Source: Octopus vulgaris (Eukaryota). From it: a stretch of DNA of 64,000 nt. Numbering within the stretch: the first letter of the stretch is position 1; the number at the start of each line of letters is the position of its first letter. This document shows, piece by piece, positions 27,355 through 40,120 of this stretch. The stretch is from NCBI GenBank assembly GCA_951406725.2, contig OX597816.1, positions 172,856,001 to 172,920,000 of the forward strand, in the 5' to 3' direction. Under the pieces are notes generated by a model that had not been told where the DNA came from, ran no database searches, and was given only the letters and a program-made list of their open reading frames with translations. The position numbers and the translations under genes are program-made.

Positions 27355-27455
<101 letters not shown>

Positions 27456-27714
27456 AACAGCACAACTATATTTATCCAATTGAGCTTCGTGGCTCTGTGT
27501 ACTCTATGTGTGCATTTGTGAGTGTATTGTGCACTCACACACACGCGTATACGTATGTATAACTAATACTTATTTAATATATATTTATTATATTCTTATA
27601 TAAACGCATGGACTAACACATTCACATATATGTAAGGCAGTTTATTTTAGATTTTATTACATTTCACCGGTCATCATTTTAAGACCAGAGCATTTTATGT
27701 GTGTGTCTTTGCAA

Positions 27715-27765
<51 letters not shown>

Positions 27766-27766
<1 letters not shown>

Positions 27767-27956
27767 TCTTTTACTTGTTTCAGTCATTTGACGCGGCCAT
27801 GCTGGAGCACCGCCTTTAATCGAGCAAATCGCCCCCGGTACTTATTCATTGTAAGCCCAGTACTTATTCTATCGGTCTCTTTAGCCGAACCGCTAAGTGA
27901 CGGGGACGTAAACATACCGGTTGTCAAGCAATGCTAGGGGGACAAACACACACACA

Positions 27957-28009
<53 letters not shown>

Positions 28010-28172
28010 TACGACAGGCTTCTTTCAGTTTCCGTCTACCAAATCCACTCACAAGGCATTGGTCGGCCCGGGGCTATAGCAGAAGACACTTGCCCAAGAT
28101 GCCACGCAGTGGGACTGAACCCGGAACCATGTGGCTGGTTAGCAAGCTACTTACCACACAGCCACTCCTGCG

Positions 28173-28174
<2 letters not shown>
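27766..28174 (-). mobile_element. SINE family A, full length, within (TA)n
   Basis: Reverse complement of the family A sequence. Confidence 0.9.
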
Positions 28175-28232
<58 letters not shown>

Positions 28233-28654
28233 CATATATACTTATATACATATATATACACATATATATACGCACACACACACACACACACATATATATA
28301 TGTATCTATGTATATAAAAATACACTCGTCTATCTCCATCTTTGTTTTCGTTCGGTTTCCTTGTATGTCTCCACTGTCCGGTTTTTGTTGCCAACTTTGA
28401 CCCTCCATAAATCCCAAATTTTATTTTGGTACTTATGGGAGCAACTGTCTTCGAAGACTCATATTGTCCTTCAATGCTCGAGATGAGGAGTAGATAGGCC
28501 ACCGACAAATGATGGCGGGCCCTTCTTTATGCTACTTGTTCTGTTTTCCATCTGTTTCTCTCGTTGTTTGCGTATTGAACTCATTTGTTTTCGTATTTCA
28601 TGTTGTTTGTTTTTGGTGGCGTCCTGTACCCACATATGCATATATATATGTATG

Positions 28655-28687
<33 letters not shown>

Positions 28688-28862
28688 ATATATCTATGCA
28701 TATATATATATGTATATGTATATATATATATGCATATATATATACATATACACATATATACATGTTCACACATACACACAAACATATATGTATCAATATA
28801 TATATGTTACGTGTCTTTGCATGTATGTATGTATGTATGTATGTATGTATGTATGTATGTAT

Positions 28863-28924
<62 letters not shown>

Positions 28925-29104
28925 AGTAATTAAGGGTTTAGCAACGATTTGCCTCACCACGCACCGAATTTAGAAATAGCAGTCAAAAAGTTTTGGCTAT
29001 TCTTTCTACTTAAAAGGGAGATCCCAGTAAAACTGAAGCACTTAAAAAGCAAATGACGCAGGCAAAAGAGAAAGAAATGACGAAAATCATTCTATATTAA
29101 GTCA

Positions 29105-29195
29105 CCTACAGACGTACGTTTCGGAATTAAGTCATTGAAGAGCATAAAAATTAAATAATTATGTCTTACCTGATTATTTTCCTCCTCAGCGTAGG
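29105..29195 (-). ncRNA. Type I hammerhead ribozyme motif within a 500-bp element bounded by (TA)n (28922-29420)
   Basis: Minus: CCTACG-CTGAGGA-GGAA..TTCC-GAAA-CGTACG-TC-TGTAGG; intact core, palindromic stem III, GUC site. Confidence 0.8.
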
Positions 29196-29416
29196 ACTCT
29201 TCAATTATAAATAATTGCGTCTCAATTATTAATATTTGTGTATTAAATTTGAAGGCACTAGAAGACGTCACCTCAACTCATGGTATCAGAGCGAGCGTAA
29301 GCCATTACCAGTACCACCAAATTCAAAGGGTGAATGAAAGTATGTCACCATCCCCCTTCCGCCAGCGTGCTGCCAAAATAAGATGCTACAGTTTTTTTAC
29401 TGGGCTGAAATACATA

Positions 29417-29491
<75 letters not shown>

Positions 29492-29747
29492 TTTGTGAGT
29501 AACAATTTAGCGTTCGACGCTGTTGATTTTGTTCCACTTTATAAAATTTACTTCATAAGTCATTCGACGCGAACTTGAGTCGTCCTCTTAATCTTTTGCA
29601 TTTGCCTCATGATACTTAATGAAACAACTTGAAGTTTTCTAAATTATTCAACACCCTTTCTAATTACTTGCTGTATCAATGACTCTACTTAGTTGTTCTG
29701 TTTCTCTTTTGTATTTGAAAGTGCATACAAACACATACACACGCACG

Positions 29748-29792
<45 letters not shown>

Positions 29793-30064
29793 ACACACAC
29801 ACAGACACACACATTCAATTGCTGTCATCAGCAGAAGATACTGCACACACAATTACACTCTCCTGACAAAAGGACTGAAGGAGAGAAATATTGATGCAAT
29901 TGTATGTACGTATCTGTGTATGTATATATATTTGTGTGTGTGTGTGTATGTGTGTGTGTGTGTGTGTGTGTAAAATATGGGGGTTTAGTTCACAGGTAAT
30001 CTAAACGAGTAGGTACGCTTGGTGAATGCCGTAACGGATTACTTGCGCTCCAAGGTTATAGACG

Positions 30065-30297
30065 AGGCGCGAGCTGGCAGAAACGTTAGCACGCCGGGCG
30101 AAATGCTTAGCAGTATTTCGTCTGCCGTTACGTTGTGAGTTCAAATTCCGCCGAGGTCGACTTTGCCTTTCATCCTTTCGGGGTCGATAAATTAAGCACC
30201 AGTTACGCACTGGGGTCGATGTAATCGATTTAATACCTATGTCTGTCCTTGTTTGTCCCCTCTGTGTTTAGCCCCTTGTGGGTAATAAAGAAATAGG
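30065..30297 (+). mobile_element. SINE family C, full length, with Tx1-LINE-like 3' tail
   Basis: Family C head and central domain; tail TGTCTGTCCTTGTTTGTCCCCTCT...AATAAAGAAATA. Confidence 0.88.
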
Positions 30298-30522
30298 TAG
30301 TTATAGAGCCAATTTAGATTTCCGATGACGGAATATCCCATACTTTGGGATTTCCCAAAGTAAGACTGTAAGACTGAACTTCTTTCCTAATAATAATAAT
30401 GTATATGACTCGAGATTTTGCCTTGCCTTAACGTTTGTTGTCTGCTTTAACAATTATACATATATATATGTATGTATGTATGTATAAACACAGACACACA
30501 CACGTACACATGTATATACATA

Positions 30523-32697
30523 CAGTGCCGGATTTATACGGAGGTGAAGGTTGTAATTGTTCCGGGGATCTGCTAGATATTGGGGACCCCTGCTAAGAAG
30601 GGTTAGGGTTAGGGTTAGCACCCAGTACAGGAAGGAACCCCACCTCCCAGCAACCAGACATGAAGAGGCTCTCTTTCAATATACAAAGTTAACTTGACTG
30701 CTTAAAAATAACCATAGATTTTCCACCTTAGAGATACAAATAAACAGTTTACTACTCAGTTCTAAAGCAGCTACAGTACCCAAGGAAATTGTAGCTATTT
30801 TTTGGACAGCAACAGAGAAAAAGGAAACAACAGGCCACTCCTGAAAATGTATGTATTTATGAGTGTATGTGTGTAAGTATGAATGTATATAAAGATAAAG
30901 AGATTGAAAGAAAGATGTTGCGTCTAGATCAAATTCCTTCCTTCAACGCATGATTGAGCAATGACCTTGGTTTGACCGATTATAGTTAAACACACACACA
31001 CACGCGCATTTCTACTTCTAAAATTAATTATTTCAGTGAGGCATTGAAAACTAGTCTTATTTTATAAAACAAGTAAAGAAATGTGTTCCAAAATTTAAAT
31101 TTTGAATTTAGTTTTAATTATTAAATTACATCTCTCTATAACTAAAAACATTTTTTTGCTTTAGAATTATTGCATATATGCTCAAATGTTTTTCATTAAA
31201 TCGAATCTTTTTTCATATTTTTTCCAATATTTTTCGTCATTCTGTCAAACACTTGGAATTACAATATGGTAGGACAAAATTGGCAACTGGGTCAAAATGA
31301 ATAATTTCTGATTTCTTGTTATTTTCTCTCTACCTGTTTGAAACCATTACATTGCAATTATTGCATCCCCATTTTGTACCATTACATCATCTTTGGGAGT
31401 AAAAATTGGTCAGTATTGTTTACATAGTTGTTGAATTTGCGAGTTTGAAACAAAGGTGACAGGTACATTTTTTCCAGAAATATTTCCTCAAATTTGACCC
31501 GATTGCAATTGAGGTTGCTGATAAAATATCTTGATAATTTTTGGTGTTTAACCATCAATATTTTCTTTCTCTGTTGGATTCTACATAAATTTATTTTCCA
31601 AACTAATATCTAATTTGATAATCAAGTTTCAAAAAAAAAATGTTTAAATTGAGGCAAAAGGAGTAATGATTAATTTTAGTAACTACTTCTCTTTAACTGC
31701 ATGGTGCATAAATATATATGGAAGAAAACCACTCCAGCAGATGATGACGAAGCTGTAGAGAATATTCCATTTTGAGATTTAAGATTTTGTTGAGTTTCAT
31801 TAATTTCATATCATGTGCTACTTTTCCATAGTCCTCTCATTTGACCAAGTGATTATAAATCTTAGCTGCATTTCTGATGTCTAAGAATAGATGTTTATGT
31901 GTATGAGTCGTTTTTCAAATGTAATTCTGAAGAACTCGAAATACAAATTTACATTATCTAATCTTACTCATTTTGCCACCCACCCCACCTCCTAAATTTG
32001 TCTTTTATATCCTCAAAGAAGACAGTGATAAATTTTCCGAAATAGTGTTCTGAATATTTTATAGGTTTTACTATGTTTAGAGAAGGTCTTTATTTGGCTG
32101 ATATAGTTTTGGCAAGGCATTGAACATTTGCAAAGCATATACTTTCTTCAAAGTCAAAAATGCAGTAAATATTACTCATTGTTCCCCGCCTACCCCTTAT
32201 GGAAAAGCAGACTTTTGGAAATGACCCGTTTGAATCGCCTCGTTTTTTGTCGGGATGTACCCCACCCCACCCCACCCTTTTATTTTCACGCATCACAAAA
32301 CAATGAAGGGAAGCTGTTTTAAAAGAAGTTTTAAAATCCATGTCTTTTAAATGTTGATGTCTCCACCCACCCCTCACATACACATACACGCGCATACACA
32401 CACATACACACACACTCATCATGCCTTTGGAACAGCAACAACCACAAAAATGATTTTTTTTCTTCTTGTTCGTAATTTTCTGTCATTTTATTTTATTCTG
32501 AAGCATTTTTAACTCACATTAAAAGAAAAAATCTTGCTTCCTCTTCCCTCCTTCACTGTACTTTTTACAATGAAGGAAAAGTCAAACACCACAAGTGGAT
32601 GTGTGGAAAAGGAAATTTGAATTTTGAAAAATGCGTCTATAAATTTCGTACTTGAACACAAGTGCCCCGAATACCCCATGGTGTAAATCCGGTCCTG
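30523..32697. mobile_element. Degenerate hAT-type DNA transposon
   Basis: TIRs CAGTGCCGGATTTA and TAAATCCGGTCCTG; 8-bp TSD TATACATA/TATACATG; minus-strand FSTASSSSAGVVF near 31720-31770 loosely recalls the hAT C-terminal motif. Confidence 0.6.
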
Positions 32698-32707
32698 TAT
32701 ACATGTA

Positions 32708-32856
32708 TGTGGTAAGTAGCTTGCTAACCAACCACATGGTTCCGTGTTCAGTCCCACTGCGTGGCACCTTGGGCAAGTGTCTTCTACTATAGCCTCGGGC
32801 CGACCAATGCCTTGTGAGTGGATTTGGTAGACGGAAACTGAAAGAAGCCCGTCGTA

Positions 32857-32904
<48 letters not shown>

Positions 32905-33120
32905 TGTGTGTGTTTGTGTGTCTGTGTTTGTCCCCGTAGCATTGCTTCACAACCGATGCTGGTGTATTTATGTCCCCGTTACTTTGCGGTTCTGCAAAAG
33001 AGACCGATAGAATAAGTACTGGGCTTACAAAAGAATAAGTCCCGGGGTCGAGTTGCTCGATTAAAGGCGATGCTCCAGCATGGCCGCAGTCAAATGACTG
33101 AAACAAGTAAAGATAAAGAG
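32708..33120 (+). mobile_element. SINE family A, slightly 5'-truncated
   Basis: Matches 2640-3028. Confidence 0.88.
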
Positions 33121-33679
33121 ATATGCTTGTGTGTACGTGCGCGTGCGCGTGTGTTTGTATATGTGTGTGTGTCTTTTATATAGATATATATGTGACCGGT
33201 GTTCTGCCAAGCCTGACCTTTCTACCATCAGTGTAGCATCTCTTATATTCCTTCCCATGACTTTCAACTGCTATATTCCTGCCGTTAGGCTTCACTCAAC
33301 ACACGCCAGCTTAATTTAATTTGTCCTTAGTTGAAAGACACCTGTTGTTAATGTCCTGTTGTTTGTTTTTATAATTGTGTACCAGTTCTCCGTTTTTTTC
33401 TTTCTGTCCTGGCTTTCGTATACATTCACTTGCTTTCTTCCAAAGAATCAAGAGCTCTTAGCTTAGATTTTGGGGGAGCCGGCCAGATTGGAGCAGTCTC
33501 AAGTGTGACGGCTGAAAATGTAATAATGATCTGGAACTCGACTGTCGATAGAAAGCTCCAAATGACCCGTCCCAGTTTTTTCCTGTCCTCTTTTGTATCG
33601 TCTAACTGTCCGGATATTTTGTTGTTGCCTGTTACGTTCTAGTTCGATTTTTTGTTTTGTTTATACACACACACACACA

Positions 33680-33746
<67 letters not shown>

Positions 33747-33749
<3 letters not shown>

Positions 33750-33943
33750 GGTCCCGGGTTGAGTCGGGGTTAACCACAGTAAATAAGGTACTCAATACAT
33801 AGCAGAGTAAATTAATTTATTTTATAGAAGGAGCTTCTACAGGACTAGAACTGTTTCATTCAAAAGAAATCATCAGGCTTCCTGATGATTTCTTTTGAAT
33901 GAAACAGTTCTAGTCCTGTAGAAGCTCCTTCTATAAAATAAAT
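33747..33943. mobile_element. Penelope-like foldback element in (TA)n: perfect 63-bp arms (33815-33877 and 33881-33943) plus one-sided extension
   Basis: Perfect palindrome with CTT spacer; same architecture as 21164-21406. Confidence 0.78.
33877..33925 (+). ncRNA. Type I hammerhead ribozyme motif
   Basis: GCTTC-CTGATGA-tTTCttttGAAt-GAAA-CAG..CTG-TA-GAAGC; canonical core, GUA site. Confidence 0.8.
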
Positions 33944-34296
33944 ATATATATATATGTATATATACACACGCACATATAATTTCAATACGAAGCAAATTAT
34001 TCACGAAAAATTTCTTTGCAGAGATATTATTGACTTTGTTATTATCTAGTGTAACAATATAAAAATGATAATAACAGAATCAATAATATAGGCGAATGCA
34101 GGCCCCCCAAAAAGCATTAAATAACTGAAGGATTAAAATTAATCGAAGGACTTACGAGGTATGTCTACATGCTGGAAATAACAGTCAAAACTCTTATTAA
34201 AATCGCTAAGATACACTGAAAATAAATACAGAAATCAACCGTCCGATGGCACACGGGCCAAGGTAATCTCTCAGCACACATTCAAGTATTTGGATT

Positions 34297-34349
34297 CACA
34301 TGGACCGGTTTCTGGGCTAGCATATTAGCCTAACCTTCCTCATCATGCG
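34297..34349 (-). ncRNA. Type I hammerhead-like motif (C3A variant) within a 454-bp direct-repeat unit (33976-34466)
   Basis: Minus: CGCATG-ATGAGGA-aGGTTAG..CTAGCCca-GAAA-CCGG-TC-CATGTG. Confidence 0.55.
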
Positions 34350-34850
34350 TTACCATGATAGAAAGCCCCACTGGTCATGTTGAAGTCTGTGCTGCAACTG
34401 CCGAAATCATGGCAGCCACCAGTGTGAAAATAATTTCAATGCGGAGCAAATAATTTACGAGAAAAATAATAAACAGTGAGAACAAAACAGTAAAAATAAA
34501 CCGTTTGTTTTTATTGTTTTGTTCTCACTGTCCTGTTCTTGTTACCACTTTCACTCTCCGCAAAAAATCCCAAATTTTATTTAATTTGCTTTGCGGGAAG
34601 GACTGTTTCAAAAAAGTCGCGTCTTGTCCTTACCTTCGGAATGTGGAGTAGATGAAATAGGGACAACTGAAGAAGGAGAATATTCCTTATGTTGTATGTC
34701 TCGTTTCTCTGTTTTTGTTTTTTGTTTTCGTTTCTCATTGTGTTCAACATTTTTTTGATGTCCTGTACCCATATATGCATGTATATATACATATATATGT
34801 AGGTATGTACATATATGTATGTATATATGCATATATTATATATTATTTAT

Positions 34851-34900
<50 letters not shown>

Positions 34901-34915
34901 TATATACATATATAC

Positions 34916-35127
34916 GTGTGTGTCTGTGTTTGTCGCCCCACCAACGCTTGACAACCGATGCAGGTGTGTTTACGTCCCGTAAACTAGCGGTTCGGCAAAA
35001 GAGACCGATAAAATAAGTACCAAGCTTACAAAGAATAAGTCCTGGGGTCGATTTGTTCGACTAAAGGTGGTGCTCCAGCATAGCCGCAGTCAAAGGACTG
35101 AAACAAATAAAAGAATAAAAGAATAAA
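34916..35127 (+). mobile_element. SINE family A, 3' half
   Basis: Matches 2822-3028. Confidence 0.8.
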
Positions 35128-35750
35128 GCGACATTTTCAGCCATTTATTTGAACTTTCTCTAACTCATTAAATTCAGTTACATGAAATAGATGAGTTTTA
35201 AGATTTAGATTTTTTAAATTTTCTATGATTCCAATTCTTGTGTATAAAGGGCCTACCAAACTTGAAGTGCTCCGGGTCCCCCATGGTGTAAATCCGGTCC
35301 TGTATACATGTATATGTATGCTTGTGTGTGTGCGTGTGTGTACATCGTTTATATATATGTGTGTATATTATATATATACCGTATTTTGTATTTCGAAGTA
35401 GACCAATAAAAGAGAGGGAATATCATTGTTGAAGTCGTAAACTGATTGATTGACTTACCAACAGATTAAACAAGCAATCGATCAGTTGGTTTGTTAGGCA
35501 ATTAACTGGCAAACAATGAAGAAGTGAAACTGAACCAGTGTGCATATTTATTTGCGTAATGACACTCCCAAGATAAAAAAAAATATGTGTGTTAATAGTT
35601 GTGATGGAATGATTGGCTGTATTTTTTTGAAAATAGCATTCACTTACACACTCTCAGTATCTTGCATAATTGTTGTATATGTGATCCAGTATGTTCAGTG
35701 ACACGATCGGTTATCGAAATGATCGAAACAAACGGATTAAAATGCTGGAG

Positions 35751-35817
<67 letters not shown>

Positions 35818-36056
35818 ATAAAATCCCCACATCTTTGGCATGTCACTGTATCAAAGGGTAGAAGAGTGGAGAGTTGTCTATGTTGGCTCATACTAAACAG
35901 TTACCACAGGATATATTCACATGAAAAGAATTTTCCCCAAATCTCTCCCCATAGACGCAGTATTAGCGTAGCGGGATGTGCAGAAAACAGTTAAGTAGTT
36001 AGAATCCTAAGAAAGCGAAAATTATCGTTCGAAGAGACAGCAAGACGATCACTAAT

Positions 36057-36266
36057 ACTCTTTACTCTTTTACTTGTTTCAGTCATTTGACTGCGGCCAT
36101 GCTGGAGCACCGCCTTTAGTCGAACAAATCGACCCCGAGACTTATTCTTTGTAAGCCCAGTACTTATTCTATCGGTCTCTTTTTGCCGAACCGCTAAGTG
36201 ACGGGGACGTAAACACACCAGCATCGGTTATCAAGCAATGCTAGGGGGACAAACACAGACACACAA

Positions 36267-36336
<70 letters not shown>

Positions 36337-36476
36337 GACAGGCTTCTTTCAGTTTCCGTCTACCAAATCCACTCACAAGGCATTGGTCGGCCCGGGGCTA
36401 TAGCAGAAGACACTTGCCCAAGGTGCCACGCAGTGGGACTGAACCCGGAACCATGAGGTTGGTTAGCAAGCTACTT
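36057..36476 (-). mobile_element. SINE family A, 3' part, interrupted by the LINE (5' part at 41910-41947)
   Basis: The SINE sequence resumes exactly at 41910-41947. Confidence 0.92.
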
Positions 36477-36704
36477 TATTTCATATAATTTGCCATTTAG
36501 GCATTTACAAAGAGGGGACAAACAAGGACAGACAAATATAAAGGGTGAAGTAGCTTAACACAGTTACAATTTTCGAATGAAATTACGGATAAGATTATAA
36601 GCAATGAATTTTACGAAGGCAATGTTTAAAAATATTAATGATCATGTCGAAGGACGGACACCCAGCCATCCGGGTAGAACCTTTACTTTCTGATCCGGTC
36701 ACAC

Positions 36705-39700
36705 TTACCTGGTGCCAAACATACCCATCTTGTATGCCACAGGCTTCCATCTTTTCACAAACATATCTCGTGACAGACACCTCTTCTCCAGCCTGATTTT
36801 GCTACTGAGGTGGTAACTAAAAAAGTTAATCAACCCCTGGCCGGAGACAAAGGTGCCTGTCACTATACCTTTCGTACGCGTCTTCCATACTGTTTCTTTC
36901 AGTATGGCTACTACACAGAAAAAACAAGCCTTTCTTTCCCTGTTAAGGAAAGGGGGCGGTACAATCTCGATGATAGACTCAGCTGATAGCTGTACTCTTC
37001 CCATCACTGACAACAGTTGTTCAACAAAAGCTATCAGTCCCGATAACTCCGGACACTCCACGAATGCGTGCAAGACGGTCTCCCTATCCTGCTCACATCG
37101 CGGGCATGTCGGCGAGACGGCACTACCGTGCCTTGACAGCTTGTCGCGAACAGGTAAAGCCGCACGGAAACACTGCCAGGCTAGGGATTTCTGGTAATTA
37201 TCCAGATACCCCGGCCCGAACGTCCTCCGGAACAGGTTGACCAACTGATTTTCATCGTAGCCCAGGGTCTCCCCCAAGGCGTCTTCGGACTTAATCTCCA
37301 CTAACCCGCTATAGAAATCCGTGGTGGAACTCCTGTTGCCGGCGTTGCCCACCCGAGATAGTAGCTGGAGCGCCTGACGGCACTCCAAATGCCATTCACT
37401 CAGTTTAGGTCTCCGCTTGATCCATGCACCGATGTCCGTTAGGGATGTTAACTGGGGAAGGTAGAACCGGACGTGCGGTGACCACACCTGCTCTCCATCC
37501 AGGTAAAGCCAGAGGTGCCTCAACCTTAACGCGAGTTTTCGCATCCTCAGCCAAGGCATCCCTAGCCCACCCTTTAGCGGTTTCTGGCAGCAGACAGAGC
37601 GCTTTACAAGTGGCTTTCCTCCTTTCCACAAAAATCGGAAAAGGATTCTCTCCAACTTGTTCAGCCACAAATCGGGGCAAGGCACCACGGTCAGACGGTA
37701 GGTGATTATTGATGCTATAAACATCTGCACCACCTCCGCCTTCCCTAGCAGGGATAACGCCCGTCCAGACCAGGTCTGGGTTAGAGCGGTCACCTTGTTG
37801 GCCACCTCACTCCAATTTTTCTCAATCTGGAGGTCTGGCCCGAACCAGACTCCGAGCAGCTTAACAGGACCTTCCGTCCAACGCCCTACGACGTTATTGG
37901 ACGGCATCGGCTTGCCCCTCCAGGTGCCGAGTTGCAAACCGACCGACTTGTCCTTGTTAACCTTTGCTCCTGCCACCGCCTCGTAGCTTTTGATGGCCTC
38001 TTCCACCACTGGAAGCTGGCCTTCGTCTGCCACGATGATGGAGGTGTCATCCGCATACGCCGTAGCTCCTCTTCCACACCATAGATCATGCAGCGCCCCC
38101 TAGTGCCTCCAACTTCCGCAGCAAAGGCTCAAGAGCCAATACGTATAGGAGCGAGGACAGGGGACACCCTTGACGAACTGAACGCTCGATCCTGAACGGC
38201 TTCGAAAAGGAACCGTTCACCTTGACTACAGACTCGATGTCGCTATACAAAGCAGCGATCCAACCTCGAAAGGTCGGGCCTAGGCCAGCCTCTCCGAGGA
38301 CCGCCGCCAGGTACCGATGGTCGACCCTATCAAATGCTTTGGACTGGTCTAAATGTACCAGTGCTCCCCCTGCGCCAGAAAGCTTCCCCACCCTCTCTAA
38401 GGAGTAGCGTATAAGGTGGAGATTGTCGTGGATCGTTCTGCCGGGGATAGCGCACGTTTGCGCTTCCCCGACAAGTTTGTCCACGACCCGCGCCAACCTT
38501 TTTGCTAGCACCTTGGCCAGAATCTTTAACTCTGTGTTTAACAGAGTTATGGGCCTGAAGTTCCCTATCTCGTCCCCCTTGTTCGGGTCCTTCCTGATCA
38601 ACGTCACCGCCTCCCGGCTCGCAGACTTGGGAATTCTCCCATTCTGCTGCCAGTTGGCGTAGACGCTAGCCAGCAGGTGCCCGAACAAGTCTGGCATACT
38701 TCTATGAAATTCATAGGGCAGACCATCGAGACCCGGCGACTTCTCCCCGGGGCACTTGCCCAACACCTCGATTACTTCCTCGGCTGTGATTGGCCCTTCA
38801 CAGCACTCAGCTCTCGTGTCGAGAGGCGCGGGCCACCAGACAGGAAGTCTCTAAGGGTCTCACCATGATCCAGCGTCCCGCACCTCCCGAACAACTCGGC
38901 GAAGTGCTTGTGAAGTGCCTCACACATCTCGTCCCGCTTCTTGATCGTGCATCCGTTTTCATCAACAAGAGACCCAATTGTGGCATCGTTTCCACGCTGT
39001 GTTTCTATCGTACGGGCCCATCCGGCAACATTAATTGCCTCACGGCCCAATGCTCGTACTTTAGCCCGGACTCTACATCCCTCATGTTTGGTTTTGAGGT
39101 GACGGTCTAATGCCGTTCTCGCCGCTAAAATGTGAGATGCAGAGCCCAACCTCAACGCCTCCTCTAAGTTCTTAACTAGTTGCCCTTCTATTCTAGCCCT
39201 ATCTAGTCTTAGTTGTTTACTAAATCTAATGGACTCGAATCGAATGGCTCTTTTGAGGGTGAACCACCACCGGTTATTAACCACGGCTCCGGTTAACGCC
39301 CTCTGCACTAACACCTTAATCCGACTACGGTATGCCTCGCGTGTCAAAGTAGACTTGTTCAGCTTCCAATAGCCGGTTCCTATCTTAAGTGTGCTATCTA
39401 TGTCCAGTCTACACGTGACCATTCTATGGTCAGTATAGGGCACCTGGACGAGCTGTGGACAACTAAAACTAGACTTATCTCTAGTTCTTATCACTATCCT
39501 GTCTAGATAAGACTTGAACCTTCCGTCGCCACTCATCCAGGTCCACTCTGGGACGTTCGGATGGTCAAGTCTGTAACGATCTGCCAGCTGAAACCGCTTA
39601 AGCAGATCCACGAGACGTGAGTTCACTTTCCTATAGATCGAGCCAACGCTATCGATGTGTACGTCAACGATAGCATTAAAGTCCCCTAATATCACTAAAG

Positions 39701-40103
39701 TCTTCGACGTCACGAGAAAGCCCTCTAGGCGCCAATAAATATCAGTTTGGAAACCTCTAGCACAAGGTGCATAGAGTCCGATCAACCTGAAGGCCTTACT
39801 GCTGTATGTCACATCAAGGACGACCAGCCCACCTTCTGGGTCTACATAGACTGTACTTGTCTGTAGAGCCAAGTCTTTACGGATCAGTACCACTACGCCC
39901 CCTCGCCCTTCGGTCTGGCCAGGAGACATGATTTTCTCGTAGCCATTCAGGAGAGGCGAGAAGGTTTGTAGGCTGTCCAGCTTGGTCTCTGTAGCAACCA
40001 TCACATGTATATCATGTGATCTGAGGTCGTCGAGGAAACAAGCCTGCTTCCACTTCGAACTCAGACCACGCACATTTAAACAACCAAGGTTAAGCGAAGC
40101 CAT
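36705..40103 (-). pseudogene. LINE ORF2 (APE endonuclease, reverse transcriptase, C-terminal CCHC-type finger), broken by two frameshifts
   Basis: NVRGL, ETKL, GDFN, LDRI, TDH (38772-40103); SPGLDGLP, FRPITLLN, LDQSKAFDRVDH, RQGCPLS (38086-38766); AYADD at 38046-38060; CPRC...HAFVEC. Confidence 0.92.
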
Positions 40104-40120
40104 TACAAAAAGTAAAAGTT

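Noticed and set aside
30600-30618. Telomere-like GGGTTA repeats (also near 46651)
   Set aside because: Only 2-3 units; too short to interpret
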